Positions 18,403-27,489 of a stretch of 63,134 bases of DNA are shown piece by piece. The DNA comes from Fidelibacterota bacterium TCS52 (GTDB lineage Bacteria; Fidelibacterota; Fidelibacteria; Fidelibacterales; Fidelibacteraceae): NCBI GenBank assembly GCA_001577215.1, contig LSCC01000029.1, positions 1 through 63,134 of the forward strand. The letters run 5' to 3'. Position 1 is the stretch's first letter; every line of letters begins with the position of its first letter. A program made the position numbers and the translations under genes. The notes beneath the pieces are model-generated. The model did not search any database. It saw only the letters and a program-made list of their open reading frames with translations, and had not been told where the DNA came from.

Positions 18403-18428
18403 GTAAAATTATTAATTAATAATTTTAC
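18403..18428 (+). terminator. Perfect 26-nt palindrome/hairpin in the rpsO-pnp spacer (rpsO attenuator or pnp leader hairpin)
   Basis: GTAAAATTATTAA/TTAATAATTTTAC is self-complementary and followed by TTATGCTTT. The stem is AT-rich, so stability is modest. Confidence 0.4.
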
Positions 18429-18451
18429 TTATGCTTTAAGAAGGAGAAATT

Positions 18452-20590
18452 TTGATAAAAAAACAAAAAGAGATTAATGGAAAATTGATTTCACTTGAAA
18501 CTGGGAAAATGGCAAAACAAGCAGATGGCACTATTCTAGCTCAAGCAGGTGAAACAATTGTGATGGCAACTGTAGTAGCAGATAATACAATGAGAGAAGG
18601 AGCCGATTTTGTTCCGTTGTCTGTTGACTATAGAGAAAAATTTTATGCCGGTGGAAAAATTCCCGGCGGATTTATAAAGAGAGAAGGAAGACCTTCAGAA
18701 AGAGAGGTTTTAAGTGCAAGATTAATAGATAGACAGATAAGACCACTTTTACCAAAAAATTGGTATTATGAAACTCAGGTAATGGTAAGTATTTTATCTT
18801 ATGACGGTTCAAATCAACCTGATGTCTTGGGAGCAATTGCTGCTACTACCGCATTATCTATTTCTGATATTCCATTTGATGGTCCTGTATCTACAGTAAG
18901 AATGGGAAGAAAAGATGGCAAATTGATTGTAAATCCAATGTTTGATGAAATCGAAGAAGGTGATGTTGAAATGATAATTGCAGGATCTCGTGATTCCATA
19001 AATATGGTTGAAGGGGAAGCGAAAGAAATTTCAGAAAAAGAATTTACAGAAGTAATGAAAGAAGCTCATAATTCCATAGTTGATACGATCGATCTACAAG
19101 AAGAATTGATTGCTGAAATTAATCCTGAAAAAAGAGAAAAACCTGAGCTCATAGAAGATGATGAATTAAAGAAAGAAGTTCTTGAAATTGCGGAAAGTCA
19201 GATCGATAAATTAATTCAAAATGACAATAAAAATGAAAGAGTTGAATTAACACAAAAAATATTTGATGAATTAGAAGAGAAATATGGTGAAGATTATGAA
19301 GAAAAAAACTCGGAAATAAAAAATATTGTCAATGATAGAGTTAAAGAAAAAGTTAGAACAAGAATATTAAAAGATAAGATCAGAATCGATAGTAGAAAAC
19401 CTAATGAAATAAGGAAAATTACTTCTGAAGTATCAATTTTACCACGTACACATGGTTCTGCACTATTTACTCGTGGTGAAACACAAGCACTTGTAGTTAC
19501 AACTTTAGGATCAACTAAAGATACACAAATGTTAGATAATATTGATGGTTCAGCTGATAAGCAATACATGTTACAATATAATTTTCCACCATTTGCAACC
19601 GGTGAAACAAGAATGAGATTCAGTGTTAGTCGTAGAGAGATCGGACATGGAAATTTAGCTGAAAGAGCATTAAAGTATATGATTCCCAACAAGGATAAAT
19701 TTCCTTATACAATTCGTGTTGTCAGTGATATTTTAGAATCAAATGGTTCTTCATCAATGGCGTCGGTTTGTGGTGGATGTCTATCTTTAATGGATGCTGG
19801 AATAAATATAAAGAAAATGGTGAGCGGAATTGCAATGGGAATGATCACTGATGGTGATGATTTTGTAGTATTATCCGATATTCTTGGCGAGGAAGATCAT
19901 TATGGAGATATGGATTTCAAAGTTACCGGAACTGAAGATGGAATTACAGCGATCCAAATGGATTTAAAAATCAAAGGATTGTCTTTTGAAAGAATGGAAG
20001 CTGCTTTGGAACAAGCTCGTGAAGGCAGAATGCATATTCTTAATAAAATGAAGGAAGCATTGACTGAACCGAGAAAAGAATTGAATAAATATGCTCCAAG
20101 AATTAAATCAATTAAAGTTCCTGTAGATAAAATTGGTGCAATTATTGGTCCATCCGGTAAAATGATCAAGGAAATTGTTAATAAGACCGGTGTTGAAATA
20201 GATATAGATCAAGATGAAAATGAAGGAAACGTAAATATATTTTCTAACGATAGTAAAGCAGCAAAAGAAGCAGAAGATATGATATTAGCAATTATTGAAG
20301 AACCGGAAATAGGTAAAACCTATGAAGGCGAAGTTAAAAATATTTTAGATTTTGGTGCTTTTGTGGAAATCTTACCTGGTGTTGAGGGATTGGTTCATAT
20401 CTCAGAATTAAAATGGGAACGAGTTGAAAAAGTTACGGATGTTTTAAAAATCGGAGATAAAGTTAAAGTAAAATTATTCGACACAAACCCACAAGGGAAA
20501 TTAAAATTAAGTATAAAACGATTAACTGAAAAACCGGAAGGATTTGGAGATAAGAGAAAAAGTTTTAACAGAGATAGAAATCGTAGATAA
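18452..20590 (+). CDS. pnp: Polyribonucleotide nucleotidyltransferase (PNPase)
   Basis: TTG start after an AAGGAGA RBS. Two RNase PH domains (HGSALFTRGETQAL, GSSSMASVCG), a KH domain (GPSGKMIKEI) and an S1 domain (GAFVEILPGVEGLVHISEL). Confidence 0.97.
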   Translation: MIKKQKEINGKLISLETGKMAKQADGTILAQAGETIVMATVVADNTMREGADFVPLSVDYREKFYAGGKIPGGFIKREGRPSEREVLSARLIDRQIRPLLPKNWYYETQVMVSILSYDGSNQPDVLGAIAATTALSISDIPFDGPVSTVRMGRKDGKLIVNPMFDEIEEGDVEMIIAGSRDSINMVEGEAKEISEKEFTEVMKEAHNSIVDTIDLQEELIAEINPEKREKPELIEDDELKKEVLEIAESQIDKLIQNDNKNERVELTQKIFDELEEKYGEDYEEKNSEIKNIVNDRVKEKVRTRILKDKIRIDSRKPNEIRKITSEVSILPRTHGSALFTRGETQALVVTTLGSTKDTQMLDNIDGSADKQYMLQYNFPPFATGETRMRFSVSRREIGHGNLAERALKYMIPNKDKFPYTIRVVSDILESNGSSSMASVCGGCLSLMDAGINIKKMVSGIAMGMITDGDDFVVLSDILGEEDHYGDMDFKVTGTEDGITAIQMDLKIKGLSFERMEAALEQAREGRMHILNKMKEALTEPRKELNKYAPRIKSIKVPVDKIGAIIGPSGKMIKEIVNKTGVEIDIDQDENEGNVNIFSNDSKAAKEAEDMILAIIEEPEIGKTYEGEVKNILDFGAFVEILPGVEGLVHISELKWERVEKVTDVLKIGDKVKVKLFDTNPQGKLKLSIKRLTEKPEGFGDKRKSFNRDRNRR

Positions 20591-20613
20591 ATAAAATAAT
20601 TTTATATTATTAG

Positions 20614-20650
20614 ACTTCCGAAGTTTTGAAATCTTCGGAAGTTTAGTTTA
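20614..20650 (+). terminator. Intrinsic terminator after pnp
   Basis: 10-bp stem ACTTCCGAAG (20614-20623) / CTTCGGAAGT (20633-20642), followed by a T-rich tail TTAGTTTA. Confidence 0.65.
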
Positions 20651-20654
20651 TATA

Positions 20655-20683
20655 TTGAAATTAGACAATAAATTTTGTAAAAT
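20655..20683 (+). promoter_or_regulatory. Sigma70-like promoter candidate (TTGAAA-N17-TAAAAT) upstream of rluD
   Basis: TTGAAA at 20655-20660, a 17-nt spacer, TAAAAT at 20678-20683. Confidence 0.3.
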
Positions 20684-20727
20684 ACTTAACAATGAAAGAA
20701 AAGAAAAAATATTAATTATACAAATAA

Positions 20728-21741
20728 ATGAATTTAAAAAATCTGCTTTATCAAGAGACAGTAGAAACTCAGACTTTTAAGATAATAGTGCCCAAAAAAG
20801 CAAAAATAATGCGTATTGATACATTTATTAAATCGCAGATCAGTGGTATTTCACGCACAAAAGTTCAAGAATTAATTGAACGAAATTTAATAATAAGAAA
20901 TGATGAAAATATAAAAAAAGCTTCAACAAAAATTAAGAAAGATGATATTATAACTGTTAAAATACCACGATTGAAAAGATTGCGAGTTGAACCAGAAAAT
21001 ATTCCATTAGAATTTATTTATGAAGATGATGATCTAATTGTAATAAACAAACCTCCAGGTTTAGTCGTTCATCCCGGAATAGGAAATCGTACGGGAACTT
21101 TGGTAAATGCACTGGCTCATCATTGTATAACTTTATCTAATGTAGGAGGAGAATATCGCCCGGGAATCGTTCATCGATTAGATAAAAATACTTCTGGAAT
21201 TATTATTGCTGTAAAGAATAATATTGCTCACAATTTGATGGCGAAAAAATTTGAGAAAAGAGAAATAAAGAAATATTATCTTGCTTTGGTTTGGGGAAAA
21301 TTAAAAGAGAAATCCGGTAAAATAATTAATAAAATTGGAAGAAGTAAATCCAATAGGCAAAAATTTTCAGTTGTCTTTAATAGGGCAAATAAAGGCAAAT
21401 ATGCAGAGACACATTATGAAGTATTAGAAGAATATGATTTTATGAGTTTAGTAAAAATACGGATTATTACAGGTAGAACTCATCAAATTCGTGTTCATTT
21501 TTCAGATATAAATCATCCGGTTCTCGGCGATACAGATTATGGCGGTAGAATCAAACGCTTAAAAACACTTAACGAGAGACATAGAAAAATTGCCAATAAA
21601 GTAATGGATAATATTAAAAGACAGGCATTACATAGTTATCAGATGGAATTTATTCATCCGACAACTGACAAAGTTATGAAATTAATTGCTCCGATTCCCG
21701 ATGATATTAAAAATGTTATTTCGATTATAAAAAAAGAATAA
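20728..21741 (+). CDS. rluD: RluA-family 23S rRNA pseudouridine synthase (RluD-like, with an N-terminal S4 domain)
   Basis: Catalytic HRLDKNTSGIII motif. GRTHQIRVH and HS...F.HP blocks. Confidence 0.88.
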   Translation: MNLKNLLYQETVETQTFKIIVPKKAKIMRIDTFIKSQISGISRTKVQELIERNLIIRNDENIKKASTKIKKDDIITVKIPRLKRLRVEPENIPLEFIYEDDDLIVINKPPGLVVHPGIGNRTGTLVNALAHHCITLSNVGGEYRPGIVHRLDKNTSGIIIAVKNNIAHNLMAKKFEKREIKKYYLALVWGKLKEKSGKIINKIGRSKSNRQKFSVVFNRANKGKYAETHYEVLEEYDFMSLVKIRIITGRTHQIRVHFSDINHPVLGDTDYGGRIKRLKTLNERHRKIANKVMDNIKRQALHSYQMEFIHPTTDKVMKLIAPIPDDIKNVISIIKKE

Positions 21742-21830
21742 ATTTAGTTGAATTTGGATTTAAAAAATTATAATTTAAAATATGATTATAAAATTTATTA
21801 AATGATTCAGAGGATTTATAGAATATTCAA

Positions 21831-22739
21831 ATGAATTTTAATAAAGTAAAAGAGAAATTTATAAAATATCTAAAAAATGTGAGGAAATACTCACCTTATA
21901 CTCAAAATTCTTATGATGAAGATTTAAATCAATTCTATTTATTTTGTACAGAATATTTCTCAAAAGCGAAAATTTCAATTAAAGATATTGATAAGTTGGC
22001 AGTTAGACATTTTTTGGGAATGTTATCTGAAAAAAAATATACAGCGAGATCAATTGCGAGGAAATTAGCCACTTTAAAATCATTTTTTAAATTTGTCATA
22101 AAAAATGAATGGATAAAAATTAATCCTTGTTATTCAATAAGGTCACCAAAAATATCAAAATCGTTACCAACCGGATTGAGTGAAGAGCAAACAAAGGAAA
22201 TTTTTGAGATAAATAAGGCGGATAATTTTATCCATAGCCGAGATCTTGCAATTATTGAAGTGTTTTATAGTTCGGGAATTCGACTTAGTGAATTAGTTAA
22301 TTTGAATATTAATGATTTAAATTTCCATAATGGATTGATTACTGTTATTGGCAAGGGAAACAAGGAAAGAGTATTGCCACTAGGCAAACATGCAATAGAA
22401 GCAATTGAAAAATATTTCATGTTTAGAAAGGAAAAATACGGAAAATTCACAAATGGAAGTCCACTATTTATTTCATCACGAAATAGGAGAATTACAAATC
22501 GCTCGGTTCAATATAGAATAGAGAAATATTTAAAGATCGTGTCAAAGGGAAGCAAAAAAAATAGTCCACATGTGTTGCGCCACTCATTTGCTACACAATT
22601 ATTGGATAATGGCGCAGATTTAGAATCGGTGAGAGCTTTACTTGGTCATTCAAGTTTATCATCAACCCAAATTTATACTCATATTAAAATGAAACATTTA
22701 TTAAAATCCTACAAACAAGCTCATCCACGAGCAGATTAA
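21831..22739 (+). CDS. Tyrosine recombinase, XerC/XerD type
   Basis: SAM-like N-terminal domain. Catalytic blocks GIRLSELVNL, HVLRHSFATQLL and LGHSSLSSTQIYTH. Housekeeping context with no flanking phage or IS genes. Confidence 0.85.
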   Translation: MNFNKVKEKFIKYLKNVRKYSPYTQNSYDEDLNQFYLFCTEYFSKAKISIKDIDKLAVRHFLGMLSEKKYTARSIARKLATLKSFFKFVIKNEWIKINPCYSIRSPKISKSLPTGLSEEQTKEIFEINKADNFIHSRDLAIIEVFYSSGIRLSELVNLNINDLNFHNGLITVIGKGNKERVLPLGKHAIEAIEKYFMFRKEKYGKFTNGSPLFISSRNRRITNRSVQYRIEKYLKIVSKGSKKNSPHVLRHSFATQLLDNGADLESVRALLGHSSLSSTQIYTHIKMKHLLKSYKQAHPRAD

Positions 22740-22836
22740 TAAATTAAATAGAGATTAATAGAATAATAATTGTTATATTATAGCAGTTAAGGAATTGCAA
22801 AAGTAATGAAAATCAATAAAAAACATGGAGGAGAAG

Positions 22837-23124
22837 ATGAGAGTTGAAATAACCGCAAGACATATCGATTTATCCCAGAATTTAAAAGAATATATTGAAA
22901 GTGAGTTGGAACGATTGTCAAAAATTTATGATAGGATTATAGATGTTCAAGTAATTTTTGAGACTGAAGCACATTCTCAATATGGTGTTGAAATAATTAT
23001 TAATGTCCCAAAGAAACAATTGGTTATTAAACAAAAAGCAGACAATGAAACGAAAGCAATAGATGAAGCAATAGAGAAAATGGTAAGACAATTAAAAAAA
23101 TATAAAGAAAAATTAAGACAATAA
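22837..23124 (+). CDS. hpf: Ribosome hibernation promoting factor (HPF/RaiA family, short form)
   Basis: MRVEITARHIDLSQNLKEYIESELERL is the family-typical N-terminus. GGAGGAG at 22827-22833 serves as the RBS for the ATG at 22837. The ORF-track start at 22825 is probably too early. Confidence 0.85.
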   Translation: MRVEITARHIDLSQNLKEYIESELERLSKIYDRIIDVQVIFETEAHSQYGVEIIINVPKKQLVIKQKADNETKAIDEAIEKMVRQLKKYKEKLRQ

Positions 23125-23127
23125 ATT

Positions 23128-24111
23128 ATGAGTAAAAAATTAGATATTCAAAAATTTTATGATAATATGAAAAATAGGACTAATTTAAAATACATAAATA
23201 GTCCTTTAGGAGCGAATACCGTTATCTCATCTCCAAAATTGAATATTCCCGGATTGGAGTTGACAGGATATTGGGAGAATTTTTCAACTGATAATATACA
23301 GATGATAAGTGAAAAGGAATTAAAATATTTAGTTTCTATTTCTCCAATGGCGATACAGTCAGTTTTTGAGAGAATGTTTTCTTTTCATATCCCATGTATA
23401 GTTTTTATTGAAGTAAATGAAATTCCCCCAATAATAATAGAAATTGCTAATAAGTATAAAGTTCCTGTAATGAAAACTCAAATGAAGATGATGCGTTTTA
23501 TGAAATTGGTCGGTTCTTACTTATATAAGGAATTAGCTCCTCGAACTATATTTCATGGAGGGCTTATTGATGTTTACGGTGCCGGAATATTGCTTACAGG
23601 TAAAAGTGGTATTGGTAAAAGTGAAATCGCTCTTGATCTTGTTGAACGCGGGCATAGATTAGTTGCCGATGATGTTGTCAATATAGAAAAAACAGATGAC
23701 AGGATAATAATGGGTTATGGAGAAGAACTGTTACAGAATACGCTTGAAATCAGAGGACTTGGCATAGTAAATGTAAGAAAAGCATTTGGGATCAGGGCAG
23801 TCAGAGCAAGAAAAAGAATTGAACAACATGTTGAATTATATCGTTGGGATGTAAATAAAGAATATGAAAGATTTGGACTACAGGATGAATATAGTGATAT
23901 TTTAGGTATCAAAGTTCCTTTCATAAAGCTGCCGATCTATCCCGGAAAAAATATTACAGTAATTATAGAAGCGATTGCATTGAGATATTTGCAAAAGTTA
24001 TATGGAGAAAACCCTTCTAAAGAATTACAGGAAAAATTAAAAAATAAAATGAAACCAAAGAAAAATGTTTCAACAATGAATGATGAACGATTTAAAGGTG
24101 ATTATGAATAA
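23128..24111 (+). CDS. hprK: HPr kinase/phosphorylase
   Basis: Walker A GKSGIGKSEIALDLVERGHRLVADDVV and the LEIRGLGIVNV signature. 327 aa. Confidence 0.92.
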   Translation: MSKKLDIQKFYDNMKNRTNLKYINSPLGANTVISSPKLNIPGLELTGYWENFSTDNIQMISEKELKYLVSISPMAIQSVFERMFSFHIPCIVFIEVNEIPPIIIEIANKYKVPVMKTQMKMMRFMKLVGSYLYKELAPRTIFHGGLIDVYGAGILLTGKSGIGKSEIALDLVERGHRLVADDVVNIEKTDDRIIMGYGEELLQNTLEIRGLGIVNVRKAFGIRAVRARKRIEQHVELYRWDVNKEYERFGLQDEYSDILGIKVPFIKLPIYPGKNITVIIEAIALRYLQKLYGENPSKELQEKLKNKMKPKKNVSTMNDERFKGDYE

Positions 24112-24138
24112 ATATTCTGGAAATAATAGGAGAAAAAT

Positions 24139-25125
24139 ATGAAGGCAATAATTCCTGCTGCTGGTGTCGGAACAAGATTAAGACCGCATACATTTACAAA
24201 TCCTAAAGTCATGTTGAATGTTGCCGGAAAACCGATCATTAGTCATATTGTTGACAGATTGATTGAAGCTGGAATAACAGAATTGTCAATTATTGTCGGA
24301 TATATGAGTCAAATAGTTGAAGATTATTTTAAAGAAAATTATTCAATCCAATGTGAATTTCCAGTACAAAAGGAAATGAAAGGTTTGGGTCATGCAATAT
24401 TACAAGGATTAGATGATAGTAATGAACCTGCATTAATTATTTTGGGTGATACAGTAATTGAAACGGATTTTAGGAAATTTGTTTTAAAAGATGAAAATAT
24501 TTTAGCTGTAGTAAAAGTTAACAACCCTAAAAGATTTGGGATTGTAGAGACAGATTCAGAAGATAATATCACAAAAATGGTTGAAAAACCTGATGATCCA
24601 CAAAGCGATCTTGCTATTGCAGGCATTTATTTAGTTCGTAGCCAAAAAGTTTTAAAATTAGCTATAGAAAAATTAATAAGTGATAATATTAAAACTCGGG
24701 GAGAATATCAAATTACTGATGCTCTTCAAATAATGATAAATAACGGTGAAAAAATTCAAGCTTTAAAGATAGATGATTGGTATGATTGTGGTACAAAAGA
24801 AACATTGTTATCAACAAATAAACACTTGTTATCTAAAATTAGTAAGACAGAGAAAAAATTTCCAAATTCAATTATAAAAGATAATGTTTTTATTGGTGAA
24901 AATGTAAAAATTAAAGATTCTATAATTGGGCCAAATGTGTCATTAGGAAGTGGAACTAAAATTGATAAGAGTATTATTTCAAACACGATCATTAATAAAA
25001 ATACAACAATATCTAACAAATTGATAGCTGATTCAATTATTGGAGAATCGGTAATAGTTAAAGGAGAATTATCTTCATTAAATATTGGAAAAGATTCGAT
25101 AATTTCAAATCAAACAAGATATTAA
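24139..25125 (+). CDS. Sugar-1-phosphate nucleotidyltransferase with a C-terminal left-handed beta-helix domain
   Basis: AAGVGTRLRPHTFTNPKVML signature, a GDT motif, and hexapeptide-like repeats at the C-terminus. Sugar specificity cannot be determined from sequence. Confidence 0.8.
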   Translation: MKAIIPAAGVGTRLRPHTFTNPKVMLNVAGKPIISHIVDRLIEAGITELSIIVGYMSQIVEDYFKENYSIQCEFPVQKEMKGLGHAILQGLDDSNEPALIILGDTVIETDFRKFVLKDENILAVVKVNNPKRFGIVETDSEDNITKMVEKPDDPQSDLAIAGIYLVRSQKVLKLAIEKLISDNIKTRGEYQITDALQIMINNGEKIQALKIDDWYDCGTKETLLSTNKHLLSKISKTEKKFPNSIIKDNVFIGENVKIKDSIIGPNVSLGSGTKIDKSIISNTIINKNTTISNKLIADSIIGESVIVKGELSSLNIGKDSIISNQTRY

Positions 25126-25140
25126 TAAAGGAATTAAAAA

Positions 25141-26292
25141 ATGAGTAAATATTATTTTACTTCGGAATCGGTTACAGAAGGGCATCCTGATAAGGTGTGT
25201 GATAAAATTTCAGATGCAGTTTTAGATGAGATATTAAAAGAAGATCCAAGTGGACGAGTAGCTTGTGAAACATTAGCAACTACAGGAATGATAATGGTAG
25301 TAGGTGAAATTACTACAAAATGTTATGTTCCGATAAATGATATTGTTCGTAAGACATTAGATGAAATTGGTTATAATAATGGGGATGCAGGTTTAGATAG
25401 CGCAAATTGTTCAGTAGTTGTTTCTATTGATGCTCAATCACCTAATATTAAACAGGGAGTAGATGAAAAGAAAGATCATGAACAAGGAGCCGGTGATCAA
25501 GGACTGATGTTTGGATTTGCTTGTGATGAGACAAAAGAATTAATGCCGTTACCAATTATACTTGCTCATAAACTGTCATATAGATTAACAGAAATAAGAA
25601 AAAAGAAAATAGTTGAATGGGCATTACCGGATGGAAAATCAGAGGTTACTGTAGAATATGAAAATGGTATTCCCAAAAGAGTTAGTTCTGTAGTTATAGC
25701 AATTCATCATAAAAGAAATATTTCATTAGAAGATTTACGAAAAGATGTTAAGAAACATGTAATCGAACCCATTTTAGGTAATTGGATTGATAAAGATACA
25801 AAATTATACATTAATGGTACGGGCAGGTTTGTTATCGGTGGCCCATTAGCAGATTCCGGTTTAACCGGAAGAAAAATTATCGTTGATACTTATGGAGGAT
25901 ATTCTCGTCACGGTGGTGGAGCATTTTCAGGTAAAGATCCATCAAAAGTTGACAGATCGGCAGCATACATGGCTAGATATATTGCGAAAAATATTGTAGC
26001 AAGCGGAATTGCAAAAAAATGTGAAGTTGAGGTTGCATATTCTATTGGTAAAGCAGAACCTGTATCACTATTTGTAGAAACTTTTGGTACCAGTAAAATT
26101 GATAATTATAAATTATCTGAAATAATTAAAAAAGAATTTCCTTTAAAACCAAGTGAAATAATAAAGCATCTCGATTTAAAAAAACCTATATATATAAAAA
26201 CTGCTGCATATGGACATTTTGGAAGAATTGATGAAAATTTTTCCTGGGAAAAGATAGATAAAGCAGATGATTTGAAAAAATATTTGAAATAA
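25141..26292 (+). CDS. metK: S-adenosylmethionine synthetase
   Basis: [28 protein letters not shown] and [16 protein letters not shown] motifs. Confidence 0.97.
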   Translation: MSKYYFTSESVTEGHPDKVCDKISDAVLDEILKEDPSGRVACETLATTGMIMVVGEITTKCYVPINDIVRKTLDEIGYNNGDAGLDSANCSVVVSIDAQSPNIKQGVDEKKDHEQGAGDQGLMFGFACDETKELMPLPIILAHKLSYRLTEIRKKKIVEWALPDGKSEVTVEYENGIPKRVSSVVIAIHHKRNISLEDLRKDVKKHVIEPILGNWIDKDTKLYINGTGRFVIGGPLADSGLTGRKIIVDTYGGYSRHGGGAFSGKDPSKVDRSAAYMARYIAKNIVASGIAKKCEVEVAYSIGKAEPVSLFVETFGTSKIDNYKLSEIIKKEFPLKPSEIIKHLDLKKPIYIKTAAYGHFGRIDENFSWEKIDKADDLKKYLK

Positions 26293-26306
26293 TATTGTAA
26301 ACTTTA

Positions 26307-26891
26307 ATGAATTATATTTCCAAAATATTTTTGTTTTTGATATTGACCTTGATGCTTTCATGTGATTCATTACTTAGAGATAGTGAAAAACCTATTGATC
26401 CATCTGATACTCATTGGGAAATGCCAACAGAATCAAATGTTGTTTTTGAAAATATGATAAATGCTTTTCAATATAGAGAATATGAAAGCTATATCAAATG
26501 TTACTCTGATTCAACAACGAATAATGGTAAAAAATTCATTTTTATTCCAACTGTAACGGTAGATTATCCGGAGAAATTTGAAAATTGGGGGAGATCTGAA
26601 GAACTTGTTTATTTTCAAAATATGTTGTCATCTTGTTCGATCGATTCTACTTTAGAATTTAATATTTTAGAAGAAGAGGAAATAAATAATGTTGGTGATT
26701 CAATTCAATATCAGATTAATTATGAAATAAAAGTGCATCATAATCTCGATAATTTAAATAATAAATTTGTTGGGTCTGCAAATATATGGCTAATGAAAAA
26801 TCCTCAGAATTATTGGATTATTTATTATTTTGAAGATATCTCTACTTCTGATGAATTACCAAATTGGACTGATCTAAAAGAGTATTATTAA
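26307..26891 (+). CDS. Lipoprotein of unknown function (paralog of the next gene)
   Basis: Signal peptide plus lipobox LMLSC. Shares motifs with the downstream ORF (see findings). Confidence 0.6.
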   Translation: MNYISKIFLFLILTLMLSCDSLLRDSEKPIDPSDTHWEMPTESNVVFENMINAFQYREYESYIKCYSDSTTNNGKKFIFIPTVTVDYPEKFENWGRSEELVYFQNMLSSCSIDSTLEFNILEEEEINNVGDSIQYQINYEIKVHHNLDNLNNKFVGSANIWLMKNPQNYWIIYYFEDISTSDELPNWTDLKEYY

Positions 26892-26901
26892 ATATTTTGT
26901 T

Positions 26902-27471
26902 ATGAAAAAAGAAACAAAAATATTATTATCTTGTTTTATGTTATTATTTAATATAAGTAGTTGTAAAAATATCTTTGCTCCCAAATTAGAGAATTTTACT
27001 GGTGGACAATCACTTTTTAATAGGGTTTTAAATACACCAACAGATGTTTTGGAAAATTTTCGCTATGCATATATATATCGTGATAGTTTAGCGTACTCAA
27101 GTTTAATTGATAGTGATTTTGTTTTCATTTATTACAATGCCGATGATGAAGGTGGTAGTGGACATTATGATTCCTGGCTAAGGGAAGTGGAGTTACGCAC
27201 TACAGGAAGAATTTTTAGAGCTTTTTCGCATATTGATTTAACTTGGAATTCTACATTGGATAGTAGTTTTTCATATTATAGTGGAGATTCATTAGTAATT
27301 CAACAAGACGATATTTTTGAAGAAGCTAATAATGCAAATATTTCAAAATCATTTGAATTGAATTTGGGGTATGAAATAATAATTGAAGGAACTGCGAAAT
27401 TTGATTTTATTAAGAATAAAAATGATGAATGGCAAATTTGTAAATGGCGTGATGAATCAAACTCTTATTAA
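26902..27471 (+). CDS. Lipoprotein of unknown function (paralog of the previous gene)
   Basis: Signal peptide plus lipobox ISSC. Shares motifs with the upstream ORF. Confidence 0.6.
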   Translation: MKKETKILLSCFMLLFNISSCKNIFAPKLENFTGGQSLFNRVLNTPTDVLENFRYAYIYRDSLAYSSLIDSDFVFIYYNADDEGGSGHYDSWLREVELRTTGRIFRAFSHIDLTWNSTLDSSFSYYSGDSLVIQQDDIFEEANNANISKSFELNLGYEIIIEGTAKFDFIKNKNDEWQICKWRDESNSY

Positions 27472-27489
27472 AAAAATACAGAGATATTA

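Noticed and set aside
21831-22739. Tyrosine recombinase as a marker of an integrated mobile element
   Set aside because: It has a XerC/XerD-type sequence in a housekeeping context (rluD upstream, hpf-hprK downstream). There are no adjacent phage, IS or conjugation genes, no flanking direct repeats and no tRNA-adjacent integration site.
25126-25140. SAM riboswitch upstream of metK
   Set aside because: Only 15 nt separate metK from the preceding gene, which leaves no room for a riboswitch. metK is probably co-transcribed.
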